Shown: one piece after another, positions 49,639 through 61,279 of the stretch
Numbering within the stretch: position 1 is the stretch's first letter
Layout: each line of letters starts with the position of its first letter
DNA from: an uncultured delta proteobacterium
GTDB lineage: Bacteria > Desulfobacterota > Desulfobacteria > Desulfobacterales > UBA2156
NCBI GenBank assembly: GCA_963736855.1
Contig: CAVTQK010000015.1
Coordinates: forward strand, 32,001-96,000
DNA length: 64,000 nucleotides
Direction of reading: 5' to 3'
Notes under the pieces: generated by a model
The model's input: the letters and a program-made list of their open reading frames with translations, nothing else
The model's database searches: none
Told to the model about the DNA's origin: nothing
Program-made: the position numbers and the translations under genes

Positions 49639-50897
49639 CAGTAGTGTCCCAACGTTGAAATTTGAAACTGATGTAACTATATAATATTAAATAAAAATAT
49701 TCTAATTATGACATTTTTCGATTTGAAATTCATTCGGGGAAAATGGGAAGTTTCTCCATTATTCAAGGAGGAACAAACCCATGAATTCCGGGAAAACCAT
49801 TTTTGCCCAAGTGATGGATTTTCTACCGTCCTACGAATTTCATCGATGCGTTCAGCGATACAATGGAAATTACAAAATCAAAAGTTTTTCATGTTGGGAT
49901 CAATTTCCCTGCATGGCTTTTGCCCAGCTCACGTATCGAGAGAGTCTCCGGGATATTCAGGCATGCCTGAGGGCGGCTCAGCCCAGGCTTTATCATCTGG
50001 GCATTCGGGGCAAGGTTTCCCGAAACATCCTGGCCCATGCCAATCAAGTTCGAGACTGGCGGATCTATGCCGATTTTGCGCAGATTCTCATTACCAAAGC
50101 CAGAAAGCTCTATGTCAACGATTCTATCGGCGCGGAATTGGATCAGACCGTTTATACATTGGATTCCACGACGATCAATCTGTATCTTTCTCTTTTCCCT
50201 TGGGCCAAATTCCGGAAAAGAAAAGCGGCGGTGAAGCTGCATACACTTTTGGATTTGCGGGGAAGCATTCCCAGCGTGGTGATCATTACGCCCGGCAAAG
50301 TCAACGATGTAAGAATTGCCAGACTTTACAGAATTCATCAAACCGGCGCTTTCTTTGTTACCCGCTCAAAGGACAACTTCCGATTTTGAAGGCTTTGCTC
50401 CCAAAAAACAGGGTCGGAATCCATCCGATGCGACCAGATCATTGTCGCCCACAATTTTTATACCAAAAAAGATTATCCGGCCAAGATGCGGCGCATCCGG
50501 TACCTGGATGCCGTAACCCAAAAACAGCTCACGTTTTTAACCAACAATCTCTCACTTTCCGCCTTAACCATCGCCGATCTTTATCGGCCCTGATGGCACG
50601 TGGAGTTGTTCTTCAAATAGATCAAACATCACCTGCGCATCAAAGCATTTTACGGCACCACGAAAAATGCGGTCAAAACCCAAATATGGATCGCCATCAC
50701 AGTTTATGTGCTGGTCGCAATTGTGAAAAAGCTTCTCAAATTGAATCAAAGCGTCTAAATCATTTTACAGATTCTGAGCGTGACTCTTTTCGAGAAAACG
50801 CCCATTTTAAAAGCATTCACAGAGATGCCTTACATAAATCAAAATTTACTAGCTGATAAACAATTGAAATTATTTGAATAACATTGGGACACCTATG
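49639..50897 (+). mobile_element. Decayed IS4-family element
   Basis: Imperfect 18-bp TIRs (CAGTAGTGTCCCAACGTT / CATAGGTGTCCCAATGTT, 14/18) flanking a transposase pseudogene. Confidence 0.85.
49781..50881 (+). pseudogene. IS4-family (DUF4372) transposase pseudogene
   Basis: MNSGKT.FAQ, AQLTYRESLRDI, LDSTTI, KLHTLLD; apparent internal deletion, frameshift and premature stops (e.g. VELFFK*IK). Confidence 0.9.
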
Positions 50898-50923
50898 ACG
50901 AAAATCTTTACTTTTGATATCGC

Positions 50924-53195
50924 GATGAAGAAGAACGGAATTCAAAAGAGCATGGTAACAAGGCTTATCGTTTCTGTAGGCATCATTGTGTTTCTGAGTA
51001 TTGCCGTTTGGGCATTTTTCAACATCAGCTATCAAAAGCGAAAGGTGATGCGAGATCTCAGGGATCAGACCCAGAGGCTCAGCACGGCAATTCGCATGGG
51101 CGCTCACTATGCCATGATGGTCAACTCTCGGGATGACATCAACCAGATTATCCGCAACATCGCAACGCTTCCCGAAATAGAATCCGTTCGAATATACAAT
51201 AAGGAAGGAAGAATAAAATATTCCAACGTTCCTCATGAAGCTGAACGGGTGACCAATATCCGATCTGAACCGTGTGTCATTTGCCATCGAAATGAACCCC
51301 CGGAACCTCAGCTTCCCATAGTCGATAGGACACGGATCTTCGTGTCGCCGGAAGGAAAGCGTGTCTTGGGGCTCATCAGTCCAATTTTAAATGAAACCGG
51401 TTGTTCATCGGGAGATTGCCATGCACATCCTGAGGGGAAGAAAATTCTGGGAGCTCTGGATGTGGTGGTATCAATGGAGAGCGCAGATGCAGAGATATTT
51501 TTAATTGAAAAGGGAATCATCGGTCTTGCCGTCATTCTGTTCATGTTTACTTCTACGTTCATTTTCTTTTTTGTGGTCCGTTTTGTGAAGCGCCCCATTG
51601 CCAATCTTATCAGCGTCACTCGGCGGATATCCAGAGGAGATTATTCCGGAAAGTTGTTGATCGATCAGCAAGACGAGATGGGGGAACTGGCACAGGCCAT
51701 GAACCGCATGATGGAAGAGATCGGAAGAAAACAGGCCGAGCTCGATGAGCAGGGAAAACGGTTTCAAGGTCTTTTTGAAGGGGTTCCCTGCATCATTACG
51801 GTTCAGGATCGCAATTATCGTTTGGTCGGATATAATAAAGAGTTTTCAGATCGATTCGATCCCAAGCCCGGGGATTTTTGCTTTCGTGCTTATAAGGGGA
51901 GAGACTGCAAGTGCATCATCTGCCCCGTGGAAAAGACCTTCGAAGACGGTCAGTCCCATACCAGTGAAGAGGTCGGACTCAACAAGGATGGTACCAAGAC
52001 CTACTGGGTTGTCCGTACCGCTCCGATCCGAAACGAAAAAGGAGAGGTCGTGGCGGCCATGGAGATGAACTTGGACATCACCGAACAAAAAATACTCGAA
52101 GAGAAGTTGGCCGCATCTGAGAGAAAGTATTATGCCGTATTCGAGAATATCCCCAATCCTGTTTTCGTCGTGGATCTGGACACACTGACCATCCTGAACT
52201 GCAATGAAAGCGTCACAGGTGTTTACGGATACCCGAAAGCGGATCTGATCGGCAAGCCCTTTACGGACCTTTTTATTGAGCAGGAGCGCAGCGGATATAC
52301 CTCCCAGATCCGATCCGTCAGACCCATCACCCAAGCCAGGAATGTGGGGAAGGAGGGGAAATCGCTTTTTGTCAACTTCAGGATTGCGCTTTCGGAGTAT
52401 GATGGTCGTCAGGTGTTTTTAATAACTGCCAGCGACATTACCAAACGACTCGAAACCGAGCAACAGCTCATCCATGCGAGCAAAATGGCTACTTTGGGTG
52501 AAATGGCCACAGGCGTGGCTCATGAACTGAATCAGCCCCTTGCCGTCATCAAGACCGCCAGCGGCTTTTTTATGAAAAAAATCAAAAAAAATGAGCCGAT
52601 TGAAAAAGAAGTTCTCCTGACCATGTCCGAAGAGATAGATCGGCATGTGGATCGGGCTACCAAGATTATCAACCATATGCGGGAATTCGGGCGAAAATCT
52701 GAAGATAACTTGGTTCCCTTCAACGTCAACGAAACCCTGAAAAGAGCTTTCGAGATTTTTAGTCAGCAGTTGAAAGTGCGAGGGATCGAAGTGACATGGG
52801 AAATTCAGGAAGATATTCCCCTGATTAAAGGGGATCCTGATCGCATGGAGCAGGTCTTCATCAATCTGCTGATCAATGCCAGAGATGCCATTGAGGAAAA
52901 GTGGAACGCTAGAAAATACAGTCCCGGGGACAAAAGAATCATCTTAAGGACCATGTCGGACGGAAAGCAGATATCGGTGGAGATCGAGGATACAGGTCCG
53001 GGGGTTCCGGAAGCTATTTCCGAAAAAATATTCGAGCCGTTTTTCACAACAAAAGAAGTCGGAAAAGGAACTGGGCTAGGACTCTCCATAAGTTATGGAA
53101 TCGTCAAAGACTGCGGCGGTAAGATTCGCGTGGTCTCTGAACAGGGAAAAGGCGCAAGGTTCATCATTGAATGTCCGGTAGCGGAGAAAATATGA
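50924..53195 (+). CDS. Sensor histidine kinase: periplasmic heme-c-motif domain, HAMP, two PAS domains (start may be 50895)
   Basis: CVICH and CSSGDCH between two TM segments; AHELNQP; FFTTK..GTGLGL. Confidence 0.92.
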
Positions 53196-54346
53196 CGCAA
53201 GGTATAAAAAGTTCGCCGGTTCTACTAGTTGACGATGAGGAGGGAATCCGTAAGGTTTTAGGGATCAGTCTGAGGGACATGGGATATGTGGTGGACACGG
53301 CGGAAAATGGCCTCGAAGCTTTGTCTCTTTTCGAAAAGGAAAAACATGCCATCGTCCTGACGGACATTAAGATGCCGCATTTGGACGGCATCGAACTATT
53401 AAGGCGGATCAAGGAGATCCATCCCGATACCGAGGTGATAATGATTACCGGTCACGGCGACATCGATCTTGCAATTATGAGCCTAAAGAACGAAGCCACC
53501 GACTTCATCACCAAACCTATTAATGATGAAGTCCTGGAGATAGCGCTCAAACGAGCCAGCGAACGGATTTCCATGAAGAGACAACTCCGGGAATACACGG
53601 AAAACCTCGAGTCTCTGGTGGAAGAAAAGACCAAAAGGCTCATGGAAGCCGAACGTCTGGTCGTCGTCGGCCAAACCGTGGCGGATCTTTCCCATGCCAT
53701 AAAGAATATTGCGGGAGGATTGAGCGGAGGCATTTTTGTTCTTGGAAAAGGGATTGAACTGGAGGATAAAACTTATATACGGCAGGGATGGGAAATGATC
53801 CGTGGGAATGTGGATAAGATCAAGAACCTCTCCTTGGATCTTCTCGGCTTTGCCAAAACCGCCGGAGTTCAATTTCGCTTGGCCGACCCTAATGATCCCG
53901 CCAGAGAGGTTGTGGAACTTATAAGGCCAAAAGCAGAAGAGGTCGGCATTGCCGTAGAACTCGACCTATCTTCCAGATTGAAACCGATTTACATGGATCC
54001 GGACGGAATCCATCGGTGTCTTCTGAACTTGCTTACCAATGCGGTCGATGCCTGTATGGCATTTGACAGGAAAGAAGAGATTAAGAAAATCCGTGTGACA
54101 ACCGAACCGCAATCAGGCTTGGGAGTGGTTTATCGAGTTGAAGACAACGGTATTGGAATGGAAAGTTCCATCAAAGAGAAACTCTTCCAACGTTTTTTTA
54201 CCACTAAGGGGATGGAGGGCACCGGCATCGGTTTGATGATATGCAAAAAGATCGTCGATGATCATGGAGGAAATATCGAGTTTGAATCGCTGAAACATGT
54301 CGGATCCACCTTTACCGTTAGGCTTCCAGAAAGAAACAGCCCCTGA
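53192..54346 (+). CDS. Response regulator-histidine kinase hybrid (REC-HisKA-HATPase)
   Basis: LLVDDE, TDIKMP, ITGHGD, SHAIKN, GTGIGL; ATGA overlap with upstream gene. Confidence 0.92.
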   Translation: MTQGIKSSPVLLVDDEEGIRKVLGISLRDMGYVVDTAENGLEALSLFEKEKHAIVLTDIKMPHLDGIELLRRIKEIHPDTEVIMITGHGDIDLAIMSLKNEATDFITKPINDEVLEIALKRASERISMKRQLREYTENLESLVEEKTKRLMEAERLVVVGQTVADLSHAIKNIAGGLSGGIFVLGKGIELEDKTYIRQGWEMIRGNVDKIKNLSLDLLGFAKTAGVQFRLADPNDPAREVVELIRPKAEEVGIAVELDLSSRLKPIYMDPDGIHRCLLNLLTNAVDACMAFDRKEEIKKIRVTTEPQSGLGVVYRVEDNGIGMESSIKEKLFQRFFTTKGMEGTGIGLMICKKIVDDHGGNIEFESLKHVGSTFTVRLPERNSP

Positions 54347-54574
54347 TTCCCAACGTCCGAATTCAAAAATAGATCCCGAAGTCCGTGTCCGGTTCCCAGT
54401 TTACTATATCCTTGAATTCCTTTTCAAAGGCCTTTCCCATTTCTGGCCGACCAACCCCACCAAAGTCCAATTTCGATCATAACTTATTAAAAATATTAAC
54501 ATAATAAATACGTTTAAAAAATGTGAAAAAAGTATTGACAAAGGAATTCTTTCTTGACAATAAAGATCAACAAT

Positions 54575-54599
54575 TTTCTTGAGTATTATAATCAAGAAA
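54575..54599. promoter_or_regulatory. Palindromic operator candidate upstream of rrf2-hmc
   Basis: TTTCTTGA-GTATTATAA-TCAAGAAA; TTGACA hexamers at 54535 and 54554. Confidence 0.55.
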
Positions 54600-54607
54600 G
54601 GTTCGAT

Positions 54608-55054
54608 GTGATTAAAGCACAAAAAAAATGCCAATACGCACTAAGAGCGGTTTTCGAATTGGCCCGACACAAAGGAAAGGGGCCCGTTAAAATCTCTCAA
54701 ATCGCCCGGTCCCAGGCCATACCGGTTCGCTTTTTGGAAGTAATCCTGGGACAACTGAAAAATAGCGGCATGGTCGAAGCGAAACGGGGTTATTTCGGAG
54801 GATATCAACTCATTCGCGATCCGGCGGAAATTTCTGTGGGAGAAATTTTCCGGCACATGAGACGGCAAGCCGTTCCGGACCGCTGTATCGTCTGTATTTC
54901 TGGGGCCAATTGCCCGTTTCATGGAAACTGCGCCTTTGCGTCCATGTGGAACCGGGTCAACGAAGCCGTAAAAAAGATTTACAACGAGATCACTATCGAG
55001 GACCTCCTCGAGGAGGAAAAGCAGAATGTGCTTTATCACGATATGGTTACATAG
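54608..55054 (+). CDS. rrf2: Rrf2-family transcriptional regulator (start uncertain)
   Basis: YALRA..ELA, FLEVIL..LK..G.V...RG..GGY.L; Cys cluster CIVC..C..C. Confidence 0.9.
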   Translation: MIKAQKKCQYALRAVFELARHKGKGPVKISQIARSQAIPVRFLEVILGQLKNSGMVEAKRGYFGGYQLIRDPAEISVGEIFRHMRRQAVPDRCIVCISGANCPFHGNCAFASMWNRVNEAVKKIYNEITIEDLLEEEKQNVLYHDMVT

Positions 55055-55093
55055 ACAGTTGTCAATCACTGCGCCAAGGATAAGGATTTACGT

Positions 55094-56698
55094 ATGAAAC
55101 GGGGGAGACTTTGGAGAAGATGGGTACCTGTCATGTTTGTGGCAGTCGCCTTTTCGTCATGGGGTTTTGTAGCCTATGGACTTCAGGTGCTTGCCAAAAC
55201 ATCCGAAATCCGGAGACCGGATGTCGTCGCCATTGACGGCTTGAAACAATTCGGTGCCATTGAAAGGCCTGCGGTTCTCTTTCTTCATGACAAACATACC
55301 GAATTCATGGAGAAGAAAAAGAAAGACTGCAGCGTTTGCCACATGACCGAACAGGAGAAGCTTTCTCCCAAATTCAAACGCATCAAAGACACGACTCGAG
55401 AAGAGATAATGGATATTTATCACGTGCAGTGCATCGCATGCCATAAGGAAAGCCGAGCAGAAGTCGAAAGTCCGGGTCCGGTTGCTTGTGGGCAGTGTCA
55501 TATTGATAAATCCGCCACCATATCCTCCCGGGAGCCTATGGATATGGATAAGTGGCTTCATACCCGACATTCCACAGCATTAGAGAAAAAGTGCGAGTTG
55601 TGCCATCACGAATACGACTCCAAGGCTAAAAAACTTTACTATGCCAAGGAGCAGGAAGGATCCTGCCGTTACTGTCATAAGTCTGTTACAGAGGAAAACC
55701 GGATCTCCATGCGTCTGGTTTCCCATGCCTCATGCATCGATTGCCATCGCAAACGGATCGCATCCTCTTTGAACGCCGGGCCTGCCAGATGCGCCGGATG
55801 CCATGATCTTGCGGCTCAAAAGGCTTTCGAGAAGGTGGAGCCGCTTCCCCGTATGGAGAGAAAGCAACCGGATGTGCTTTTTGTCAAAAAGAGTCAGGTC
55901 CGTGAAGTCTCAGAGACAGTAGATATTCGGATGAACCCGGTTCCTTTTGACCATAAGGCCCACGAGGGATATAACACAACGTGCCGAGTCTGCCATCATG
56001 CCGACCTCAAATCCTGCAGTACGTGCCACTCCATGGAGGGTACAAAGGAGGGAAAGGGAATCAAGCTGGCCCAGGCCATGCATCAGATGGATAAGAATCA
56101 AAGCTGTATGGGATGCCATGAAACCCGGAAAACCGACAAGAATTGCTCCGGATGTCATGCGCACCTCTCAAAGACCCGCGAGCCTGATAAAGGAACGTGC
56201 ACCCTTTGCCACATGTCGCCTCGGCAGCCTTTGAAGAATCCTTACACCGAAGCGGCGGGGGGGGAAATGGCTCGGAAGATGCTCGAAGAGCGCCCAACCA
56301 TGATAGATACTTTTGATATTGCCGATATACCTGAAAAAGTTGTTATCAAGATCCTTTCCAAACAATATGAGCCTGTGGAGCTGCCCCACCGGAGGATCGT
56401 TGCGACTCTGGTCAAGAATATCAAGGAAAAGCCTTTGGCCCAGTATTTTCACAGAGAGAAGGGGACGATCTGTCAAGGGTGTCATCATAACAGCCCCGCA
56501 GCCGTCAAACCGCCAAACTGCGGAAGTTGCCATGGCAACCTGTTCCAAGAAAACAATCTCCATAAACCGGGATTAATGGCGGCATATCACCAGCAATGCA
56601 TGGGGTGTCATCAAAAGATGGGAATTGAAAAGCCGGCGACAACGGATTGCACGGCTTGCCACATCGAAAAGAAACGATGGTTAACTTCGGGAAGCTAA
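55094..56698 (+). CDS. hmcA: High-molecular-weight 16-heme cytochrome c
   Basis: Signal peptide; 16 CxxCH motifs counted. Confidence 0.93.
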   Translation: MKRGRLWRRWVPVMFVAVAFSSWGFVAYGLQVLAKTSEIRRPDVVAIDGLKQFGAIERPAVLFLHDKHTEFMEKKKKDCSVCHMTEQEKLSPKFKRIKDTTREEIMDIYHVQCIACHKESRAEVESPGPVACGQCHIDKSATISSREPMDMDKWLHTRHSTALEKKCELCHHEYDSKAKKLYYAKEQEGSCRYCHKSVTEENRISMRLVSHASCIDCHRKRIASSLNAGPARCAGCHDLAAQKAFEKVEPLPRMERKQPDVLFVKKSQVREVSETVDIRMNPVPFDHKAHEGYNTTCRVCHHADLKSCSTCHSMEGTKEGKGIKLAQAMHQMDKNQSCMGCHETRKTDKNCSGCHAHLSKTREPDKGTCTLCHMSPRQPLKNPYTEAAGGEMARKMLEERPTMIDTFDIADIPEKVVIKILSKQYEPVELPHRRIVATLVKNIKEKPLAQYFHREKGTICQGCHHNSPAAVKPPNCGSCHGNLFQENNLHKPGLMAAYHQQCMGCHQKMGIEKPATTDCTACHIEKKRWLTSGS

Positions 56699-56716
56699 AG
56701 TTTCAAGGAGTCTCAG

Positions 56717-57799
56717 ATGGGGATAACGCGCAGGAAATTTTTAGTATGGATGGGATCCGCCGGAGCGGCGGCAACCGTCGGCAACGGGGCCCATGCAGCT
56801 GCCACCAAGGAATTCAAGGGGCATCCGAATGCCTCCGGCGTCCTGTTTGATACGACGCTATGCATCGGCTGTCGAAAGTGCGAGGAAGCGTGCAACCGTG
56901 TCAATGATCTACCCCCCCCTTCCCAGCCGTTCAGCGACTTGGCGGTTTTAGACAAACCGCGAAGGACCACGGCAAAGACTTATACGGTGGTCAACCGCTA
57001 TGCGGACACCGGTTCCGGATCGGGACCGGTATTCAGGAAAATCCAGTGCAATCACTGCCTCGAACCGGCATGCGCGTCGGCGTGTTTCGTGCGGGCGTTT
57101 ACTAAAACAGCAACGGGAGCCGTCACCTATGATGCTTCAGTCTGTGTGGGCTGTCGGTATTGCATGATTGCCTGCCCTTTTGAAATCCCGACCTACGAGT
57201 ACAATGAAGCGTTCACGCCGCGGATTATGAAATGCACCCTGTGTCATCCCCGGCTGGTTAAGGGTCTGCTGCCGGGGTGTGTGGAAGCGTGTCCGAAAGA
57301 AAGCCTCACATTCGGTAAACGCGATGATTTGCTGAAAATCGCCCGGGAACGTATCCGGAAATATCCGGGCCGATATGTGGATCATATCTACGGAGAGCGG
57401 GAAATGGGGGGAACCAGCTGGCTTTATCTCTCCTCGGTCCCGTTCTCTGACATCGGGATGCGGGAGGACTTGGGGACCGCTCCGGCACCAGAACTGACCG
57501 CCGGCGCACTGGGGGCCGTACCCATGGTCGTCGGACTTTGGCCGGTCCTGTTAACGGGCGTCTATGCCATTTCCAAACGCAAGGAAAAGATCGCATCTCA
57601 GGAAAAAAACCAGGCGGTTGTCGAAGCCCTGGAAAAGGCTCGGCTGGAAGCCGAGGCAAAACTGAACGCCTTCCGGGAAAAGTCTGAGAAGGAAAAAGCC
57701 CAGGCCCTTGAAAAGGCGGTTGCGAAAGCCTTGGAAGAAGCTAAGAAAGAAATGGTCGAAATAAAAATTGAAAAAAACGGAGCCGAGGAGGAATCCTGA
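56717..57799 (+). CDS. hmcB: Hmc periplasmic Fe-S subunit
   Basis: Tat signal TRRKFL; four 4Fe-4S motifs; C-terminal TM segment and E/K/A-rich tail. Confidence 0.9.
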   Translation: MGITRRKFLVWMGSAGAAATVGNGAHAAATKEFKGHPNASGVLFDTTLCIGCRKCEEACNRVNDLPPPSQPFSDLAVLDKPRRTTAKTYTVVNRYADTGSGSGPVFRKIQCNHCLEPACASACFVRAFTKTATGAVTYDASVCVGCRYCMIACPFEIPTYEYNEAFTPRIMKCTLCHPRLVKGLLPGCVEACPKESLTFGKRDDLLKIARERIRKYPGRYVDHIYGEREMGGTSWLYLSSVPFSDIGMREDLGTAPAPELTAGALGAVPMVVGLWPVLLTGVYAISKRKEKIASQEKNQAVVEALEKARLEAEAKLNAFREKSEKEKAQALEKAVAKALEEAKKEMVEIKIEKNGAEEES

Positions 57800-58971
57800 T
57801 GTCCGAACAAACCGCCGTCGTAAAAAAATCAATTTTCAGCCCATTCAATATCATTGCGGGGATTATCGTGGTCATCGGTCTGGGAATCACCGCGCAACGG
57901 TTCACCAGCGGCTTGGCCTCGGTGTCGAATCTCTCGAACTATAATCCCTGGGGCATATGGATCGGGTTTGATCTACTCGTGGGTGTCGCCTTGGCTGCAG
58001 GCGGCTTCGTTACCTCCGCCGCAGTCTATATCTTCGGATTTAAAAAGTACCACAGTGCCGTACGTCCGGCCATCCTAACCGGATTTCTCGGCTATACCCT
58101 GGTGGTGCTGGCTCTCCATTATGACGTGGGCCGGCCTTGGCGCCTGCCATATCCATTTATTATTCAGCAAGGAACTACCTCTCTTTTGTTCGAGGTGGCA
58201 GCCTGTGTAGCCCTTTATCTGACGGTGCTCTTCATCGAGTTTTCACCTGCTGCCCTGGAGTGGCTGGGCCTCAAACAGGCCAGGAACCTGGTTGTCAAAC
58301 TCACCATGGTATTGACCATCTTCGGAGTCGTCCTTTCCACGCTCCATCAATCCTCTTTGGGGGCTCTTTTCTTGATTACACCGTCCAAGCTGCATCCGCT
58401 GTGGTATTCATCCTATCTTCCCATCTACTTTTTTGTTACGGCAGTTATCGCGGGGTTGTCCATGGTCATTTTTGAAAGCACCTTGTCCCACCGTTACTTT
58501 CACGACGAGATGGATGCCACCCACCTTGCGGAAAGCGCCTCCGTGACCCTGGGTTTTGGAAAAGCGGCTTCCCTGGTGCTGGTGGGATACTTTTTCATCA
58601 AGGTTATCGGAATCGCCGCTGGGAATCACTGGCGCCTACTGGGCACCGGTTACGGAATCTGGTACCTCGTGGAACTTCTCGGATTCGTGGCGCTTCCGGC
58701 GTTTCTTTACGCCATCGGCGTCCGGGAGAAAAACCTGAAGGTGATCCGGTGGACGGCGGCGCTCACCGTGCTTGGCATCGTGGTCAACCGGTTCAATATC
58801 TGCTTGGTTGCGTTCAACTATCATCTCCCTTCATCGGAACGTTATTTTCCCCACTGGAAGGAGATCGGCATATCGCTCTTCATCGTCACCCTGGGGTTGA
58901 TCGCGTATCGGTTCATTATTACGCGGATGCCCGTATTGTATGAACACCCGGAGTACCGGGACACACATTAA
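57799..58971 (+). CDS. hmcC: Hmc NrfD/HybB-type membrane subunit
   Basis: PWGIWIGFD, DVGRPWR, STLHQSSLG, YFPHW.E. Confidence 0.9.
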   Translation: MSEQTAVVKKSIFSPFNIIAGIIVVIGLGITAQRFTSGLASVSNLSNYNPWGIWIGFDLLVGVALAAGGFVTSAAVYIFGFKKYHSAVRPAILTGFLGYTLVVLALHYDVGRPWRLPYPFIIQQGTTSLLFEVAACVALYLTVLFIEFSPAALEWLGLKQARNLVVKLTMVLTIFGVVLSTLHQSSLGALFLITPSKLHPLWYSSYLPIYFFVTAVIAGLSMVIFESTLSHRYFHDEMDATHLAESASVTLGFGKAASLVLVGYFFIKVIGIAAGNHWRLLGTGYGIWYLVELLGFVALPAFLYAIGVREKNLKVIRWTAALTVLGIVVNRFNICLVAFNYHLPSSERYFPHWKEIGISLFIVTLGLIAYRFIITRMPVLYEHPEYRDTH

Positions 58972-58986
58972 AGGAGCGGCAAATCC

Positions 58987-59133
58987 ATGGACGGTATCTT
59001 TCACACATTTCACGATTTTATGGTCCATACCAAGGCCATAACCTACCTGCTGATCGTCGTCGCTTTGGCGGGCATCACCTGGTGGTGGGGGTTCCTGACG
59101 GAAGGCGACCAGGACGAGCATCCTCATGAGTAA
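58987..59133 (+). CDS. hmcD: Hmc small membrane subunit (48 aa; not in ORF track)
   Basis: RBS AAGGAG; MDGIFHTFHDFMVHTKAITYLLIVVALAGITWWWGFLTEGDQDEHPHE*; lies between hmcC and hmcE. Confidence 0.85.
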   Translation: MDGIFHTFHDFMVHTKAITYLLIVVALAGITWWWGFLTEGDQDEHPHE

Positions 59134-59151
59134 GTTGCAAGGAGACAACCG

Positions 59152-59829
59152 ATGTATCAGTTTGTAACCGGACCTTTGGCATGGCTGGCCTTCGGCATTT
59201 TCTTTGTCGGTTGCGTTGTAAGGATTGTATTGTATGTTAAAGGTCTCAACTGGCAGATGGATCGGGTAACCTACGGGGTCAACATATCGTATGGTGTCAG
59301 GGGAGCCCTGCGGTCGATTTTTTACTGGCTTTTACCCTTGGGGACTACAAGCTGGAGAAAGAACGCCGGATTCAATATCGTTGTTTTCATCTTCCATTTC
59401 GGGCTATTGTTCACCCCTTTGTTTTTATTGGCTCACAATATTCTGCTGAAGGAAAGATGGGGATTCGGTTTATGGTCCATGTCTGAAGCGGCGGCGGACG
59501 GGATGACCGTTTCGGTGATCGTCACTGGACTGATTTTGGTTTTCCGGCGCATCGCTTATCCGGAGGTTCGGATCATTACCAATGCACACGATCGCCTGAT
59601 CATGGCCATTTCCATAGCGCCGTTCGTAACCGGTATACTGGCCCATCATCAGATAGGAAACTACGATTTTTGGCTGATCCTCCATATATTGTGCGGTGAG
59701 ATCTTTTTAGCTGCCATACCGTTTACCAAATTATCCCACTTTGTCCTTTTCTTTGCATCAAGGGCTCAACTGGGTATGGATTACGGAATCAAACGGGGAG
59801 GCATGAAAGGAAAAGGGCTGGCGTGGTGA
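59152..59829 (+). CDS. hmcE: Hmc NarI-like membrane cytochrome b
   Basis: TGPLAW, His ligands (FH, AH, LH, SH), IPFTKLSH. Confidence 0.9.
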   Translation: MYQFVTGPLAWLAFGIFFVGCVVRIVLYVKGLNWQMDRVTYGVNISYGVRGALRSIFYWLLPLGTTSWRKNAGFNIVVFIFHFGLLFTPLFLLAHNILLKERWGFGLWSMSEAAADGMTVSVIVTGLILVFRRIAYPEVRIITNAHDRLIMAISIAPFVTGILAHHQIGNYDFWLILHILCGEIFLAAIPFTKLSHFVLFFASRAQLGMDYGIKRGGMKGKGLAW

Positions 59830-59874
59830 TAAACACGCGCTGTGACTCCAACCGAAGGGATTCGGGAGAAAAAA

Positions 59875-61263
59875 ATGCCTGAAGGAAAACTCTGCAATAA
59901 ACAACCGGTGACCACCAAAGAACAACTCGATGCACTTCTCGCAGATAAAGGTGGCAAGCAGTATTATGAAGAGATGAGCCATCTGGAGGTGGATAACAAG
60001 GCGCTTTGGGCTACCCTCCAGAAAACTTGCAAATCCCGGCTTAGAACTTGGCTGGAGATCTGTACACACTGTGGTTTGTGCGCGGAAAGTTGCTTTTATT
60101 ATCTAGCCAATGGCCGGGATCCCAAGCAGGTACCTTCCTACAAGATCCAGGCAACCTTGGGTGAAATGATTCGACGTAAGGGAGACGTGGACAATGCCTT
60201 CATGCAGATGACCATGGACACCGCCTATTGCAAATGCACCTGCTGCACGCGCTGCGGCGTTTACTGCCCTTTCGGAATCGATACAGGCATTATGTTCGGC
60301 TATGTACGCGGCCTCCTCTTCTCTCAGGGTTTCACCCCGTGGGAGATGAAAATCGGATCCGGAATGCACCGTATCTACCGGGCCCAGATGGATGTTACCA
60401 GCGAGGATTGGGTGGAGACCTGTTCATGGATGGCTGAGGAATATGCAGACGATTGGCCGGGTTTGGAGATTCCAGTCGATAAGGAAAATGCGGACATCAT
60501 GTATACCGTCAACGCAAGGGAACCGAAGCATTACCCGGAAGACATTGCCGAGGCCGCAATCCTGTTTCATATCGCCGGGGAAAATTGGACCGTCCCCAGC
60601 GAAGGGTGGGAAGAGACAAGCCTGGCCATGTTTGCCGGGGACTGGGCCGGCTGCAAGATGCAGGTGGAAAACGTCTATGCAGCCATGAGCCGGTTGAATC
60701 CGAAACGCATGGTGGTCACCGAGTGCGGTCATGCCTATCGGGCCACCGTCATTGAGGGGCCATATTGGGCTGGATTGAAGACTGGAAAAACCCCCGTCGA
60801 AAGCTACCACTATGTGGAATGGGTGGCCGAGGCGCTGAGGACCGGGAAGCTCAAGATCGATCCGGCCAAGAAAATCAAGGAGCCGGTAACCTACCAGGAT
60901 TCATGCAACTACATTCGGAATGCCGGCCTGAAAGATATCGCCCGGGAGATTATGAGTTATATTGCCGAGGATTTCAGGGAAATGAATCCGTGTAAAGAAC
61001 ACAATTTCTGCTGCGGCGGCGGAGGCGGATTGAACGGTATCGGACGATATCGGGAACAGCGGAATATCGGCATGAAAGTCAAACTGAATCAGATCGTTGC
61101 GACCGAGGCAAAACTGGTGGTCGCCCCCTGTCACAATTGCTGGGATGCCATCCGGGACATGGAGGAAATATACAAACCGGGCATCCGTTGGAGTTTTTTA
61201 AAGCCTCTTCTCATCAGCATGGTGGAGGTCCCGGAGCATCTGAAACCCTCGGAGGAGGAATGA
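59875..61263 (+). CDS. hmcF: Hmc cytoplasmic HdrD/DsrK-like Fe-S subunit
   Basis: CxxCxxCxxxC twice; ECGH, CCGGGGG, CHNC (CCG domain). Confidence 0.9.
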   Translation: MPEGKLCNKQPVTTKEQLDALLADKGGKQYYEEMSHLEVDNKALWATLQKTCKSRLRTWLEICTHCGLCAESCFYYLANGRDPKQVPSYKIQATLGEMIRRKGDVDNAFMQMTMDTAYCKCTCCTRCGVYCPFGIDTGIMFGYVRGLLFSQGFTPWEMKIGSGMHRIYRAQMDVTSEDWVETCSWMAEEYADDWPGLEIPVDKENADIMYTVNAREPKHYPEDIAEAAILFHIAGENWTVPSEGWEETSLAMFAGDWAGCKMQVENVYAAMSRLNPKRMVVTECGHAYRATVIEGPYWAGLKTGKTPVESYHYVEWVAEALRTGKLKIDPAKKIKEPVTYQDSCNYIRNAGLKDIAREIMSYIAEDFREMNPCKEHNFCCGGGGGLNGIGRYREQRNIGMKVKLNQIVATEAKLVVAPCHNCWDAIRDMEEIYKPGIRWSFLKPLLISMVEVPEHLKPSEEE

Positions 61264-61279
61264 CCGGATCGGGCTACCG

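Noticed and set aside
50387..50620. In-frame TGA codons in the transposase as recoding sites
   Set aside because: Accompanied by TAG/TAA stops, a frameshift and a deletion; ordinary pseudogene decay
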